Origin: the human T2T-CHM13v2.0 reference genome, Homo sapiens
Length of the DNA stretch: 64,000 bases
Direction: 5' to 3' (one strand)
NCBI RefSeq assembly: GCF_009914755.1
Contig: NC_060933.1
The notes under the pieces are model-generated. The model saw only the letters and a list, made by a program, of their open reading frames with translations, had not been told where the DNA came from and made no database searches. Position 1 is the stretch's first letter, and every line of letters starts with the position of its first letter. Below, one piece after another: positions 1 through 15,679 of the stretch. The translations under genes and the position numbers were made by a program.

Positions 1-29
1 ATGCTAACACTAATCAAAAGAAATCAGGA

Positions 30-154
30 GTCTGGGCACAATGTCTCACACCTGTAAACTCAGGACTTTGGGAGGCTAAGGCAGGAAGATAGCTTGAGCC
101 TAAGAGTTTGAGACCAGCCTAGGGAACATAGCCAGACTCTATCTCTAAAAACAG
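30..154 (+). mobile_element. FLAM (free left Alu monomer)
   Basis: Single Alu left arm (cacacctgtaa...tttgggaggctaaggcaggaagatagcttgagcc...gagaccagcct) flanked by degenerate TSD aaagaaatcagga (17-29) / aaagaaagtagga (155-167). Confidence 0.85.
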
Positions 155-596
155 AAAGAAAGTAGGAGTAGCAATGCTAGTTTCTGACAGAGCATACTTC
201 AAAAGAAGGAATGTTATGAGGAACAACGAGGGTGTTACATAATAACAAAGGGGTCAACATCCCAAGAAGATATAGCAATTGTTAATGTGTATGAACCTAA
301 CAATAGAGTGTCAAAATATGTGAGAAAAAATTAAAAGAACTGCAAGGAGATATAGATGAATTCACTATTATAGTTGAAGACTTTACAACTTCTCTTTCAG
401 ACAAAGAGGTAGACAGATCAGGTAAGAAGAAAATAAATAGGGACATAGTTGAACTAAACAGCACCATCAATCAACTGCATATAATTGACAACTATAGACT
501 ACTTCATCCAACAATAGTAGATTACACATTATTCTCAAGCAAACATGTAGTATTCATCAAGATAGGACACATTCTGGGACACAAAAGAAAAACATT

Positions 597-746
597 ATTT
601 TTTTTTTCCTTTCTAAAAAAAAATTTAGTAGAAATAAGGTCTCACTATGTTGGCCAGGATGATCTTAAACTCCTGGCCTCAAGTGATCCTCCTGCCTTGG
701 CCTCCCACAATGCTGGGATTACAGACATGAGTCACCACACCTGACC
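597..746 (-). mobile_element. FLAM_C-like Alu monomer
   Basis: Poly(T) followed by antisense left arm gtctcactatgttggccagg...ctcctggcctcaagtgatcctcctgccttggcctccc...ctgacc. Confidence 0.85.
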
Positions 747-1200
747 AACAAACTCTTGAAAATAATATACAATCTCTACCCTCAGATCACCGTGGAATTT
801 AGTTGAATTTCTAGTTAGAAATCAATAACAGAAAGATAACTAGAAAATCCCAAAATACTAGAAAGTTACACAAAACACTCCTAAATAACACATGAATCAA
901 AAAAGAAATCCCAACAGAAATTTTAAGATATTTTAACTAAATAAAATTAAAAATACAATTTATCAAAATTTGTGGGATTTAACAAAAGCAATGCTTAGAA
1001 AGAAATTTGCAGCACTGATTGCATTTATTAGAAAAGAAGAAATGTCTAAAATCAATTATCTAAGTTTCCACCTTAGGAAACTAAAAAAGAGAAGAGCAAA
1101 TTAAGTCCAAAATAAGAAGAGTAAAACAAATAATAAAAAGTTAGAGCAAATATCAATAAAATCAAAATGGAATATCAATACAAAAATCAACAAAACCATC

Positions 1201-1449
1201 TTTATTATTTATTATTATTGCTCACTGCAACCTCTGCCTCCTAGGTTCAAGCGATTCTTCTGCCTCAGCCTCCTGAGGAGCTGGGATTACAGGTGCCCAC
1301 CACCATGCCAGGCTAATTTTTGTATTTTTAGTAGAGATGGGGTTTCACCATGTTGTCCAGTCTGGTCTTGAACTCCTGACCTCAGGTGATCCACCCACCT
1401 CAACCTCCCAAAATGCTGGGATTACTGGCATGAGCCACCGCGCCCAACC
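1201..1449 (-). mobile_element. AluS (Sx-like), lacking ~50 nt next to the tail
   Basis: ctcactgcaacctctgcctcc...ctcctgacctcaggtgatccacccacctc...gagccaccgcgccc; the (tta)n tail joins directly to gctcactgc. Confidence 0.92.
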
Positions 1450-2238
1450 CGACATTGAGGAAACTTAAATGCATACTGCTAAGTGAAAGAAGCCAGTCCA
1501 AAATGGCTCCATACTGTATGCTTCTAACTATATGACATTCTAGAAAAGGCAAAACTATGGAGATATTAAAAAGATCAGTGGTTGCCAGGTGTTTGGGGAA
1601 AAGGAAGGAGTAATAAATACAGTAGTTTCTTCTTATCCCCAGGGGGTTACACTCCAAGAGTCCTAGTGGATGCCTGAAACTGAAGATAGTGCCAAACCCT
1701 ATATATTGTATACTATGTTTCTATGATAAAGTTTAATTTATAAGTTAGGCACAGTAAGAGATTAACAACAACAATAAAGTAGAAAAATTATAACAATATA
1801 CTGTAATAAAAGTTATGTGAATATAGCCTCTCTGTTCTCTATCAAAATACTTATTGTACCGTACTCACCTATTTTTGGACTGTGGTTGTCTGAGGGTAAC
1901 TGAGACCAGGGAAGGTGAAACCACAGATAAGAGGGACTACAAGGGATTTTTAGGATAGTGAAACTATTCTGTATGATACTATATTAACAGTGGATACGTG
2001 ACATTAGGTGTTTGTTAAACATATAGAACTTAACAACAAAAAGAGCAAAACTTAATGTAAACTATGGAATTTGGGTAATAATGATGTGTAAAATGTAGAT
2101 TCATCAATTGTAACAAAAGTACCCTTCTGGTAGGGGATGCTGATAATGGGGTAGCTGTGCATGTTTGGGTAGGTGGAAAATGGGAACTCTGTACTCTTCC
2201 CTCAAGTTTTGCTGTGAACCTAAAACTGCTGTAAAAAA
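1450..2238 (+). mobile_element. L1MC/L1MD-type 3' end, split by MER44A
   Basis: aaatgcatactgctaagtgaaagaagccagt...aaaggcaaaactatggag...gatcagtggttgccagg...tttgctgtgaacctaaaactgctgtaaaaaa. Confidence 0.88.
1620..1941 (-). mobile_element. MER44A (Tigger-family MITE)
   Basis: Terminal inverted repeats cagtagtttcttcttatcc / gataagagggactac; internal atgataaagtttaatttataagttaggcacagtaagagattaacaac; preceded by TA. Confidence 0.88.
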
Positions 2239-2244
2239 GCACAA

Positions 2245-2400
2245 CTCCTGGCTGGCTCTGATGCTTACTAGTTAAGTTGCCCTGAGCTAGTCAACTTACT
2301 TCAGCCTCGTAAACTGATGGTACAAATGGTATTTACTTCCCAGGCTTGCCAAGAGACTCGTGAAACATTGGGTGTGAGACCACTTTGTAAAGTGCTACAG
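2245..2400 (+). mobile_element. MIR fragment
   Basis: Degenerate MIR core ggctctgatgcttactag...tcagcctc...actttgtaaagtgct. Confidence 0.55.
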
Positions 2401-2619
2401 ACCCATTCCTTTGGCTCCCCAAAGAGGCAACCAAGCAATTTCTCATCATTTTCCACAGAGCAAGCATTGGTGGTTGCAAATGTGGAAATACGTCATCCTT
2501 TTACGATCTTAAAGAAATTAGCATGAGCTCCAAGAGAATCCCAAACAAAAGCTGATGAAACTTCACTGGATGCCAAGGAAGCAGCTGGCACCATAAACGC
2601 CGTGGGTGCTTTGCTGGCG

Positions 2620-2723
2620 AACCTCCCTCTACAGGCCGCCTAATGTCCGTGCTGGGGGACCTGGCATTGCAAACCTCCCTCTACAAGCTGCCTAATGTCC
2701 ATGCTGGGGAACCTGACATTGCA
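2620..2723. repeat. 52-bp tandem duplication, two copies, 5 mismatches
   Basis: aacctccctctacaggccgcctaatgtccgtgctgggggacctggcattgca / aacctccctctacaagctgcctaatgtccatgctggggaacctgacattgca. Confidence 0.95.
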
Positions 2724-3550
2724 CTGGGGAAACAAACACGGGAGAGGAAGAGAGGCCATCTCATCACCTGTCCCTGCTCTGAAACAAGAAAACACCTTTG
2801 GGAAACTCCTCATTCAGATTCCACCGTGCTAAGGTACATATCCTGTGCTGTACACCCTAAGGGAATGCAAGGCATGGCCCAGATCCTTCAGGATGAAGCA
2901 TCCAGTTACGTAAGCATTGTTTTAGTTTTAAAACATGCTGTTAATTACCATCCCTCTATACTTATTTATATCTCTGGATAGAAACACAATCTTTAATGCT
3001 CCCTAAAATTTAGTTGTTTTGTTTGTTTGTTTAACATTTGCCTGGCTATCTTGTAGGGCATTTGCCAGGCAATTTTTAATGAGCCTTAAAATATTTCCAT
3101 TTTGAAGAGATACCCAACAACTATCCTTGGAAAAAGGTGAGTGTCACCAAATCAAACAAGGGGGCAGTGACTCTATTTTCCCGTCACTAGGCACACTTTG
3201 TTCCATTTCTCCCCCTTTCTTTACTACCTTAAATGGGCTTTATATAGCCCATTTAGGATAGTACAAAAATCCCCCCTTATAAAAATGAGTGGTTTTGCCT
3301 CCCTGTGTAAATGGCATGCTGGGAAAGAACAGGAAGTACAACCCCAAATTGTCTTTGCTCAGTCGTTTCACATTCCCTTGGCCTCATTAACAGACACACT
3401 GCCCGTCTGTCCTGGGCAAGGAGACAGGCATTTTCTCAGGCACCTTTCCTGAATCTTGGTCCATACCTTGGCACTTGTAAGGCCAACATAGGGTGCACCC
3501 CCATCCCAGGTTCCCAGGCTAAGCAGCACTAGGTTTTAAAGGGGAAACAT

Positions 3551-3635
3551 AGGAGAGAGAGAGAGGAGAGGAGAGAGAGGAGAGGAGAGACAGAGAGGAG
3601 AGGAGACAGGGGGGAAAGAGAGAGAGAGAGAGAGA
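3551..3635. repeat. GA-rich polypurine microsatellite
   Basis: (GA)n/(GGAGA)n tract. Confidence 0.9.
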
Positions 3636-4134
3636 ACTAGCAATCACAGAGGCATGAAAGTGGGAGAGAACATGATTTAGAAAGCTTAAAGGGCATTCAA
3701 GTTCTAGATTTCTGTTTATAACAGTTCCTAGACACTTAGCTATGAAAAGAGTAGTAGAAAACACATCTATGTCCCTGATGCTTGGTCTCTAGAATGTTGC
3801 AGAGTGATCTTTTTTAAGTAGGTGCTCATTAAATATGCTCACTAATCCATTCATTCTTATGCACCAAATGGGACCATGTGGTAGATAAGAACCAAATCAT
3901 GAAAGGATTTTTATGCTAGACTAAGGTGTTTATTTTATCCTATGGAGAAAGGAAAGCTATTAAATAACTATGAATAGAGGAAGGTTTTTGTTTATTTTTT
4001 TGTTTGTTGCCTTTGCTCTTCTTGGCAGCAAAGTGAAGGATACCCAGAAGGGGTTGAGATTACAGAACTGTTTAGGCATTCATAGAAAGAGTGTTATCAC
4101 TATGACTGGGAAAAATTCCTTTGGAAGCATGGTA

Positions 4135-4501
4135 TAGGTTGAGTATCCTTTATCCAAAATGTTTAGGACCAGAAGTGTTTCAGATTTCAAATTTTTTCAG
4201 ATATTTGAATATTTGCATATACATAATAAGATATCTTGAGTATGAGACCTAAATCTAAATGTAAAATTCACTTATGTGAATCTTTTATATAAACCTTACA
4301 GACATGGCCTGAAGGTAACTTCATACCATATCTTTAATAATTTTGTGCATGAAACAAAGTTTTGACTGTGTTTTGACTATAGCTCATCACTTGAGGTTAC
4401 ATGTGGAATTTTCCATTTGTGACACTATATCGGTGCTTAAAATATTTCAGATTGTGAAGCATTTCAAATTTCAGATTTTCTAATTAGGGATGCTCAACAT
4501 G
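4135..4501 (+). mobile_element. Tigger4b (Zombi) DNA transposon MITE, complete
   Basis: TIRs taggttgagtatcctttatcc / attagggatgctcaacatg with TA on both sides (4133-4134, 4502-4503). Confidence 0.9.
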
Positions 4502-5236
4502 TATTTGTGTTCACTGATGAAAAATAAAAATCATTAAGTTGAGCCTTGAGACCAGAACAAATCATAACTGGAAAGAACAATTCGTACATTTGTTTCCTCA
4601 TGTGCTTCAATAAATATAGGTTCATCCAGCTTTCCTTCTGCCTCTTCCTAAAATATTCCAGTCTCCAAAATTACCTAAATTTTTTTCATTAAAAACTCAA
4701 AATGTGACTATTTATGGATCTGAGTCAGAAATTTACATTCTTTTTTAAAATTAATAGGCTTTGCTTTTTAGAGCAGTTTTAGATTTACAGAAAAATTAAG
4801 CAAAAAGTATACAGTTCCCACATTATCCACATTTATCCTACAGTTCCTCCTATTATTGACGACTTGCTTTTGTATGGTACATTTGTTAAAACTGATATAA
4901 TATTGATATATTATTGTTAACCCAAGTACATAGTTAACATTAAGGTTTATTCTTTGTGAGACTTACATGTAAAACCCAAAACTATAGAAACCATGGAAGA
5001 CAACCTAGGCAATACCATTCTGGATGTAGGAGCAGGAAAAGGTTTCATGATGAAAACACCAAAAGTAATTACAATAAAAGCAAAAGTTGACAAATGAGAT
5101 CTAATTAAACTAAAGAGCTTCAGCACAGCAAAGGAAACTATCAACAGAGTGAACAGACAACTGACAGAATAAGAGAAAAATTGTGCAAACTACACATCTG
5201 ACAAAGGTCTAATATCTAGTAACTATAAGGAACTTA

Positions 5237-5405
5237 TAACTTTATAATTGTAAAACACACTTTTAAATTTTTTTTTCACTTTTTATTTTAGGTTCGGGGG
5301 TTTGTGTGCAGGTTTGTTATATAAGTAAACTCATGTCACAGGGGTACATGAATTTATTATTTCATCACTCAGGTACTAAGCCTAGTACCCAATAGTTATT
5401 TTTTC
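5237..5405 (-). mobile_element. Short antisense L1PA 3'-terminal fragment nested in the L1PA
   Basis: Reverse complement reads gaaaaaataactattgggtactaggcttagtacctg...aacaaacctgcacac...cctaaaataaaaag plus A-tract; flanked by an exact 11-bp repeat taaggaactta (5226-5236, 5406-5416). Confidence 0.88.
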
Positions 5406-5907
5406 TAAGGAACTTAAATTTACAAGAAAAAAAAACAATTAAAAAGTGGGAAAAAAATATGAACAGACACTTTTCAAAAGAAGACATACATGTGGCCAAT
5501 AATCATGTGAAAAACAGCTCAACATCACTGATCGTTAGAGAAAGCCAAAGCAAAACCACAATGAAATATCATCTCGCACCAGTCAGAGTGGCTATTATTA
5601 AAAAGTCAAAAAATAACAGATGCTGGCAAAGTTGTGGAGAAAAAGGAATGCTTTTACACTGTTGGTGGGAATGTAAATTAGTTCAACCACTGTGGAAGAC
5701 AGTGTGTCGATTCCTCAAAGACCTAAAAACAGAAACAGCATTCCACCCAGCAATCCTGTTACTGGATATACACCAAAAGGAATATAAATCATTCTATTAT
5801 AAAGACACATGCAAGCATATGTTCATTGCAGCAATAGTCACAATAGTTAAGACAGGGAATCAACCTAAATGCCCATCAAAGGTAGACTGGATAAAGAAAA
5901 TGAGGTA

Positions 5908-5973
5908 TTAGGTTGGTGCCAAACATAACTGAGGTTTTTGTAATGGCAAAAATTAGGTATTGCACCAACCTAA
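5908..5973. mobile_element. MADE1 (Hsmar1-derived mariner MITE)
   Basis: ttaggttggtgc...gcaccaacctaa palindromic ends with TA duplication, inserted in L1 atgaggta|catatacacc. Confidence 0.92.
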
Positions 5974-7194
5974 TACATATACACCACGGAATACTCTGCA
6001 GCCATAAACAAAGAATGAGAGCATGTCCTTTGCAGGGACATGGGTGGAGCTGGAGGCCATTATCCTTAGCAAACTAACACATGAACAGAATACCAAATAT
6101 CACATGTTCTCACGTATAAGTGGCAGCTAAATGATGATAAAACATGGGCACATAGAGGAGAACAACACACACTGGGGCCTACCAGAGGGTAGAGGTTTGG
6201 AGGAGGGAGAGAATCAGGATAAATAACTAATGGTTACTAGACTTAATACCTAGATGATGAAATAATCTGTACAACAAACCCCCATGACACACACTTACCT
6301 ACATAAAAAACCTGCACATGTAACCCTGAAGTTAGAAGTTAAACTAAAAAATAAGTAATAATAAATTCACAACACTCTATAGGAAAAAAAGATTTATTCT
6401 TTGTGTTGTTAAATTCTATGGGTTTAACAATGCACAATGTCACGTATTCACCATTACAGTATCATACAGAACAGTTTCACTGCCCTGGAAATCTCTTGAG
6501 CTCCATTTATCTGACTATCTCTCCTCCCAAAACCCTGGCCACCACTGATCTTTTTACTATCTCATAGTTTTGCCTTTTCTAAAATGTCATGTAGTTGGAA
6601 TCATACAGTGTGCTGCCTTTTAAAATTGGCTTCTTTCACTTGGCAATCTGCATTTAAATTTCCTCCATATATTTTCTTGGCTTGATAGCATATTTCTTTT
6701 TATTACTAAATATTCAACTGTCTAAATGTATCACAGTTTGTTTTTCATTCACCTGGGAAGGACAACTTGGTTGCTTGCAAGTTTTGGCGATAACGAATAA
6801 AGCTGCTACAAAAATTCATGTACACATTTTTGTGTGGGCGTAAGTTTTCAACTCATTTGGCTAAATACCTAGGAGTGTGATGTTGGATCATATGGTTAGA
6901 CTATGTTTAGTTTTGTAAGAAACTGCCAAAGTATCTTTCAAAGCAGTTGTACCATTTTGCATTTCCATCAGCCATGAATGAGAGCTTCTGTTGCTCCACA
7001 CCCTTACCAACATTTGAAGTTGTCAGTGTTATGGATTTTGGCCATTCTAATAGGTGTGTAGTAGTAGCTCATTGTTGTTTTAATTTGCAATTCCCTGCTG
7101 ACAAAATGCTGTTGAGTATCTTCTTATATATTGACTTGCTGTATGTATATCTTCATTGATTAAGTGACTGTTCATATATTCCCCTATTTTTCAA

Positions 7195-7510
7195 TAATTT
7201 TTTAACTTTGAAATCATTTTAGATTTCCAGAAAAGTTGCAGAGAAGGAGATTTCCTGTATACGCTCCCCCTAGCTTCCTCTAGTTTTAGCATCTTACATA
7301 ATCATGGTATGTTTTTCAAGACTAAGAAATTAACATTGGTACAATAATACTGACTAAACTACAACATTTCTCAGACTTTGTCAATTTCTTCAGTAATGTT
7401 TTCGTTATTATTGTTCCAAGATCCAAACCAGGTTACCATTTTGCATTTGGTTATCCTTAGTTTCTTCTGATCTGAGATAGCTTCTCAGACTTCCCTTGTT
7501 TTTTATGCTT
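7195..7510 (-). mobile_element. L1MC4/5-type 3' end fragment
   Basis: ttttagatttccagaaaagttgca...aacattggtacaataatactgactaaactaca...ttccaagatcca. Confidence 0.75.
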
Positions 7511-7549
7511 GTATTCTTTTTGGTTCAGATCAGTTTGTATGGAGTTGGG

Positions 7550-11775
<4,226 letters not shown>

Positions 11776-12074
11776 CTTATCAGAATTATCAAATATGCCT
11801 CAATATTTTTATTTTTAACTATAATTTTGTGGCCAGTTGTGAAGATTTGCAGGATGCAATATAAAATGCACTGCCCCTCTAGGTAGGGTGAATAATATTC
11901 CTAGTTTCCCATGGTTATCAAAATTGAGTACCACGCTATTCGAATTTGCTATAACGTTTTGTTATTTTGTTCTCCCAAAAATAAGCAAATAAGCATTTGT
12001 AATCCTTTCCCAGGTTTCAGGACTTGAAAGAATTCCAGCTGACTGACCGAATGTTTAATCTTCATGAAACCAAC

Positions 12075-12260
12075 AAGATGGTGGCTTTTGGAGTCAGGCC
12101 TGGGAGAAAATTCTAGCTCTTTTGCTTGCATTGCCTGTGAGACCTAAGACAAGTCTCTGATAATCTATGTCTTCATTTTATGGGACTTTTGGGAATAATA
12201 CTGCTTTCTTCTAGTATTGTAAAGAATAATTGGGTTAGAATAAGTGCATACCCTTGCCAT
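12075..12260 (+). mobile_element. MIR
   Basis: ggcttttggagtcagg...tgtgagacctaagacaagt...gggaataatactg. Confidence 0.6.
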
Positions 12261-13144
12261 CCATGTAGAAGGTATTTGTTGATTCCCAATTTATGCCTAG
12301 TACCCTGCCAAGTGATACAACTGTAAGCAAAACATGGCTCCTACTTGGATATGACAGTATTGTAAGGAAGGTACTTTCAGTAACAATTAATATCCTTTTC
12401 TTCATTTCTGTCCTTAGAAGCAGAATTTTAAGTTAAAAGCTATATCTCATTCTGGTTAACAATGAAAATGATGACTATTTTAAAGGTGGTGAGATGTAGA
12501 TTGATACGATTTTTAGCCTCCTTTTACAGCAGTTCTTTATCTTTGTGTGTCTCCTGAGTATGGAGGGTTGAAAGAATACTTTAAAAGTTGAGTAAATAGA
12601 CCAAATTCCCGTACTTAATGAATAAAAACAAAATGTGTAGAGGACTTACACATTTCCTAACAAATTATAGACACTAAATCAGGCTTGCAAAATTCTTATC
12701 TGTAAGAACTGTTTGGAAAATAATTTACTAATATATTCCACAGCTCAGAAATTCAACTATAGGAACAAAGAATGCTGGTATCCAAAGAACAATGATTAAG
12801 GAGTGGTCACAGGATACAGGATAGACACCTTCCAAATGAAGTGTGACCTGTGGCAGAGTTCAATGGTGCAAAAGATATGGTAAGATCTTTATGACAGAGA
12901 AAATTTAAAGAACTTTCCATCACTGGGGAAAGTCATGCTTAAAAGTGAGTGCCAAATGACAATCTGTCTTGGTGAGCAGCTTTTACAAATCCCACCAGCA
13001 AAGGCAAGGAAAATAATAAAGTCAATTGGAGTATCCCAGTTTCGATTTGACAACTTCTGGTCATAAGAAGAAGTGCTTTCTTCAGAAGATTTCCAGGTTT
13101 TTTAGCTGACATTTGTCCTAACTCTTAATTATATTAATTATATA

Positions 13145-13161
13145 TAGCACCATCTAGTGAA
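13145..13161 (-). promoter_or_regulatory. Candidate CTCF motif
   Basis: Minus strand TTCACTAGATGGTGCTA resembles the CTCF core CCACYAGRKGGCRS; motif match only. Confidence 0.4.
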
Positions 13162-13481
13162 ATAACTTAGAATACTTGGGTTTTTAAAAGACAAAATTAA
13201 AGAAATGGGTAAAAACATAAATCAATGCAAGTTGTGTTTTTTAATGATGGGATGAGCAAGAATTTGCCTATGTTCTTACCTGAAATGTATTTTTAAGTGC
13301 TTAGATTATTTAAGGACGCTTTTAATTCAGTCAGTCACTTGATATAGTGATCATCTCAAGGATGGTTTGGCATTACGGGGAGAGAAATGTCGGAGTAAGG
13401 AAGGATGGAAAATACTGATTGTGGAGGTAATAAGTGGGGATAAATTAAGGGCCTATGAATTCCTGAAAAGAGGAGAATGTG

Positions 13482-13691
13482 CAATGGTGTGCTAGAGCCA
13501 GCTAGTACCACTGGAGAGAGCCAACTGCGTGTATCTTTCTTTCTCCAACTTCTTGCTCAGTGATGTCTCATTGGTAGCTTCAGGTCAGCTGGGGTGAGAT
13601 TATTTACATAATGGATATTGGCAAATGCTATGAATCACAGCTACCCACCCCCAGAGAAGCAGCTGTTAAACATTTATTAGCACATCGCCAG
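13482..13691 (+). mobile_element. MER63A (hAT-Blackjack MITE)
   Basis: caatggtgtgctagagccagct...ttggtagctt...ggcaaatgcta...tgttaaacatttattagcacatcgccag. Confidence 0.8.
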
Positions 13692-15679
13692 GACATATCA
13701 GCATCTGATCCTCCCAACTGACCACAGTCCTTATAGATAGAGGCCAGATAGAGGGACTGGTGGTGGCTAAGGACCCACAAGCAAAAGATATCTGAGTCTA
13801 AATGACATGTGGTTTGTTGTGCTAACTAGTGACTGTAAGCCCTTGACAATATGTCAGAATTGCCCAAACTTATGAAAAAAAAAAAAAACAGTTCAAGATA
13901 CTTCATATTTCAGCAAGCAATGGAAAATGTCTCCAGCACCTTTGAGAAGAAATAAATCAGGTGCTGATTATTAGCTGCAGGAGGCTAATGTGGAGGCTGA
14001 ATGCAGGAAAGAGTGTGGAGGCAGCCGAGTCAGATTGCAGACAGGGCTTGACCTTCACCAATGGGGTAGCCTTGGGCAATTTGGACACTGGGCTGTTTCT
14101 TCAACTAAAAGTCAAAATGAGACCACTGGGGTTTTCTTTCTTTAATTAATGAAATCTTTTCTTCAAATCACCTCTTACATATAATATCAATACTCTCTAG
14201 TAAAGATTAGTGTCATTTAAAAGACCAGCCCCCTTGTGAGATCCCCAAACTCCTCTGAAAACCTCAGAATCCCTTGTAAAAGTCATTGAGTTAAACTATT
14301 TCCAAGAGTACAATTTCCCTTCCAACACTGATATTCTAAGCAAAGAATTGGCTATCAGCTTCACTACCTAATTTCCCCATTTACCCAGAGGTATGAGCTT
14401 CCTCTTTCTCCAACCAATCTAAGGAATTTGGGGGGAGTGAAGACAAAAAGTTGTTTATCTCCATAAATGCCCCCAGAGACTCTACTCCAGATGGGTTTTC
14501 AACCTACTAATTTCTGAGCGTAGATAGGTGTTCAAGTTATAAGGACTTGATGCTGATGGAAATCATACCTGGACAAGATCTCTCCATCCCATTCCAAAAC
14601 TTCACTTGTTTTGAAAGTCCGGATGCATAAGTCGATTACCTATCCTAATTTAAAGTATCCTGATCCTACATGAACCTGCTTTGAAAACTATAATATTTAT
14701 CAAGAGATAATGGTCAAGAAGGGTTATATTTTCTTATGCTTTAAAACATTATTTATTATCAAGAACAGAAAAGATATCTGATCATTTCAGAGCCAAAATC
14801 CTCTCTATGGAGAGTCTGTAGCTTTTTCACTTGAAAGTAATTACGATTCTAAGTGACCCAAGATTGTTCAGATAAAGGTAGTATCTCCCCAGTCCGTAAC
14901 AATTACTAGGGGGCCACAGGTGGAACTGCATATCAGAGAATACACACTGATGGGCCAGGAGCCCATTCTAATTTCCACAGAGTTAGAAAGAAATTTAGAT
15001 TAGTAGACAACATTTAAAAATTGAGAAATAGCACATGAAAATTCAAATTTGTTGCTTTGGGTAGGGAAAACAAACAGCATGTAACAAAATTGGGCCAAAT
15101 TCCTGCCTGGCAACCATCAGCTGGGCTGAGAGCTGCCATCCTTTAGACAGGGCACAGGCCTGTTGTGGGCTATAGTCCCCATGCTGTACATCTCCCAATT
15201 TCCCACCCTCAACACCCACCAACAACACCCATTGGGTTACTTCCCTGTCCCTGCCTGAGTTTGCACTCCTTGACTTACGGCCATACCAGACTGAGCTACA
15301 AGTGACACTGGGCCTTTCTGAGAGAAGGAAACATTTTTAGACATGATACCCTTAGAAGCAATATTTGCTGGGGCCTGAGCCCTGCCCGGGCCCGGAGAGA
15401 TAAAGATGCTCCTTGCAGGTAAGAAGGCACTTAACTTACGTGCACACTGAAAACCTGATCTGCCTTGAAGACGAAATGGGAAGTTTGTGGTTGAGCACAT
15501 TTATTTCTGAACTTAATGACATGGAGAACCACAAGGCTACCCACAGTATCAATTTTTCATAAAAAAGGAGAAAGGCTATTGAGTCAAATGTTCCAAGAGT
15601 GGCTGATGCAGGGAATGGTATATTTATAGCCTGGATACACTGACAAGAATGACTTGCTCAGTGGAGAAAAGTAATAAGA

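Larger units (their letters stand above)
1..1200 (+). mobile_element. Old L1 (L1M-type) ORF2 5' part, endonuclease region, degenerate and interrupted by two FLAM monomers
   Basis: A-rich L1 ORF2 signatures: ataacaaaggggtcaacatcccaagaagatatagcaatt, tatcaaaatttgtgggatttaacaaaagcaatgcttagaaagaaattt, aagtttccaccttaggaaacta; many stops. Confidence 0.9.
4959..6388 (+). mobile_element. 5'-truncated older primate L1 (about L1PA13-16): ORF2 C-terminus plus 3'UTR
   Basis: ORF 5459-5911 [14 protein letters not shown]...CWQSCGEKGMLLHCWWECKLVQPLWK is the L1 ORF2 C-terminal cysteine-rich region; TSD aaggtttattctttgtg (4942-4958) / aagatttattctttgtg (6389-6405). Confidence 0.93.
4740..7190 (-). mobile_element. 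L1MC/L1MD 3' end; host of the nested insertion at 4959-6388
   Basis: ttttagagcagttttagatttacagaaaaatt...; resumes after 6405 with aaattctatgggttt...ggccattctaataggtgtgtagt. Confidence 0.88.

Noticed and set aside
30-1449. Inverted FLAM/Alu pairs as a dsRNA editing substrate
   Set aside because: Common genome-wide, the copies are short and diverged, and there is no evidence of transcription
5459-5911. 150-aa ORF, the longest in the window
   Set aside because: It is the L1 ORF2 C-terminus in a truncated element, not a host gene. The same applies to ORFs at 25115-26858, 30753-30968 and 41316-42546.
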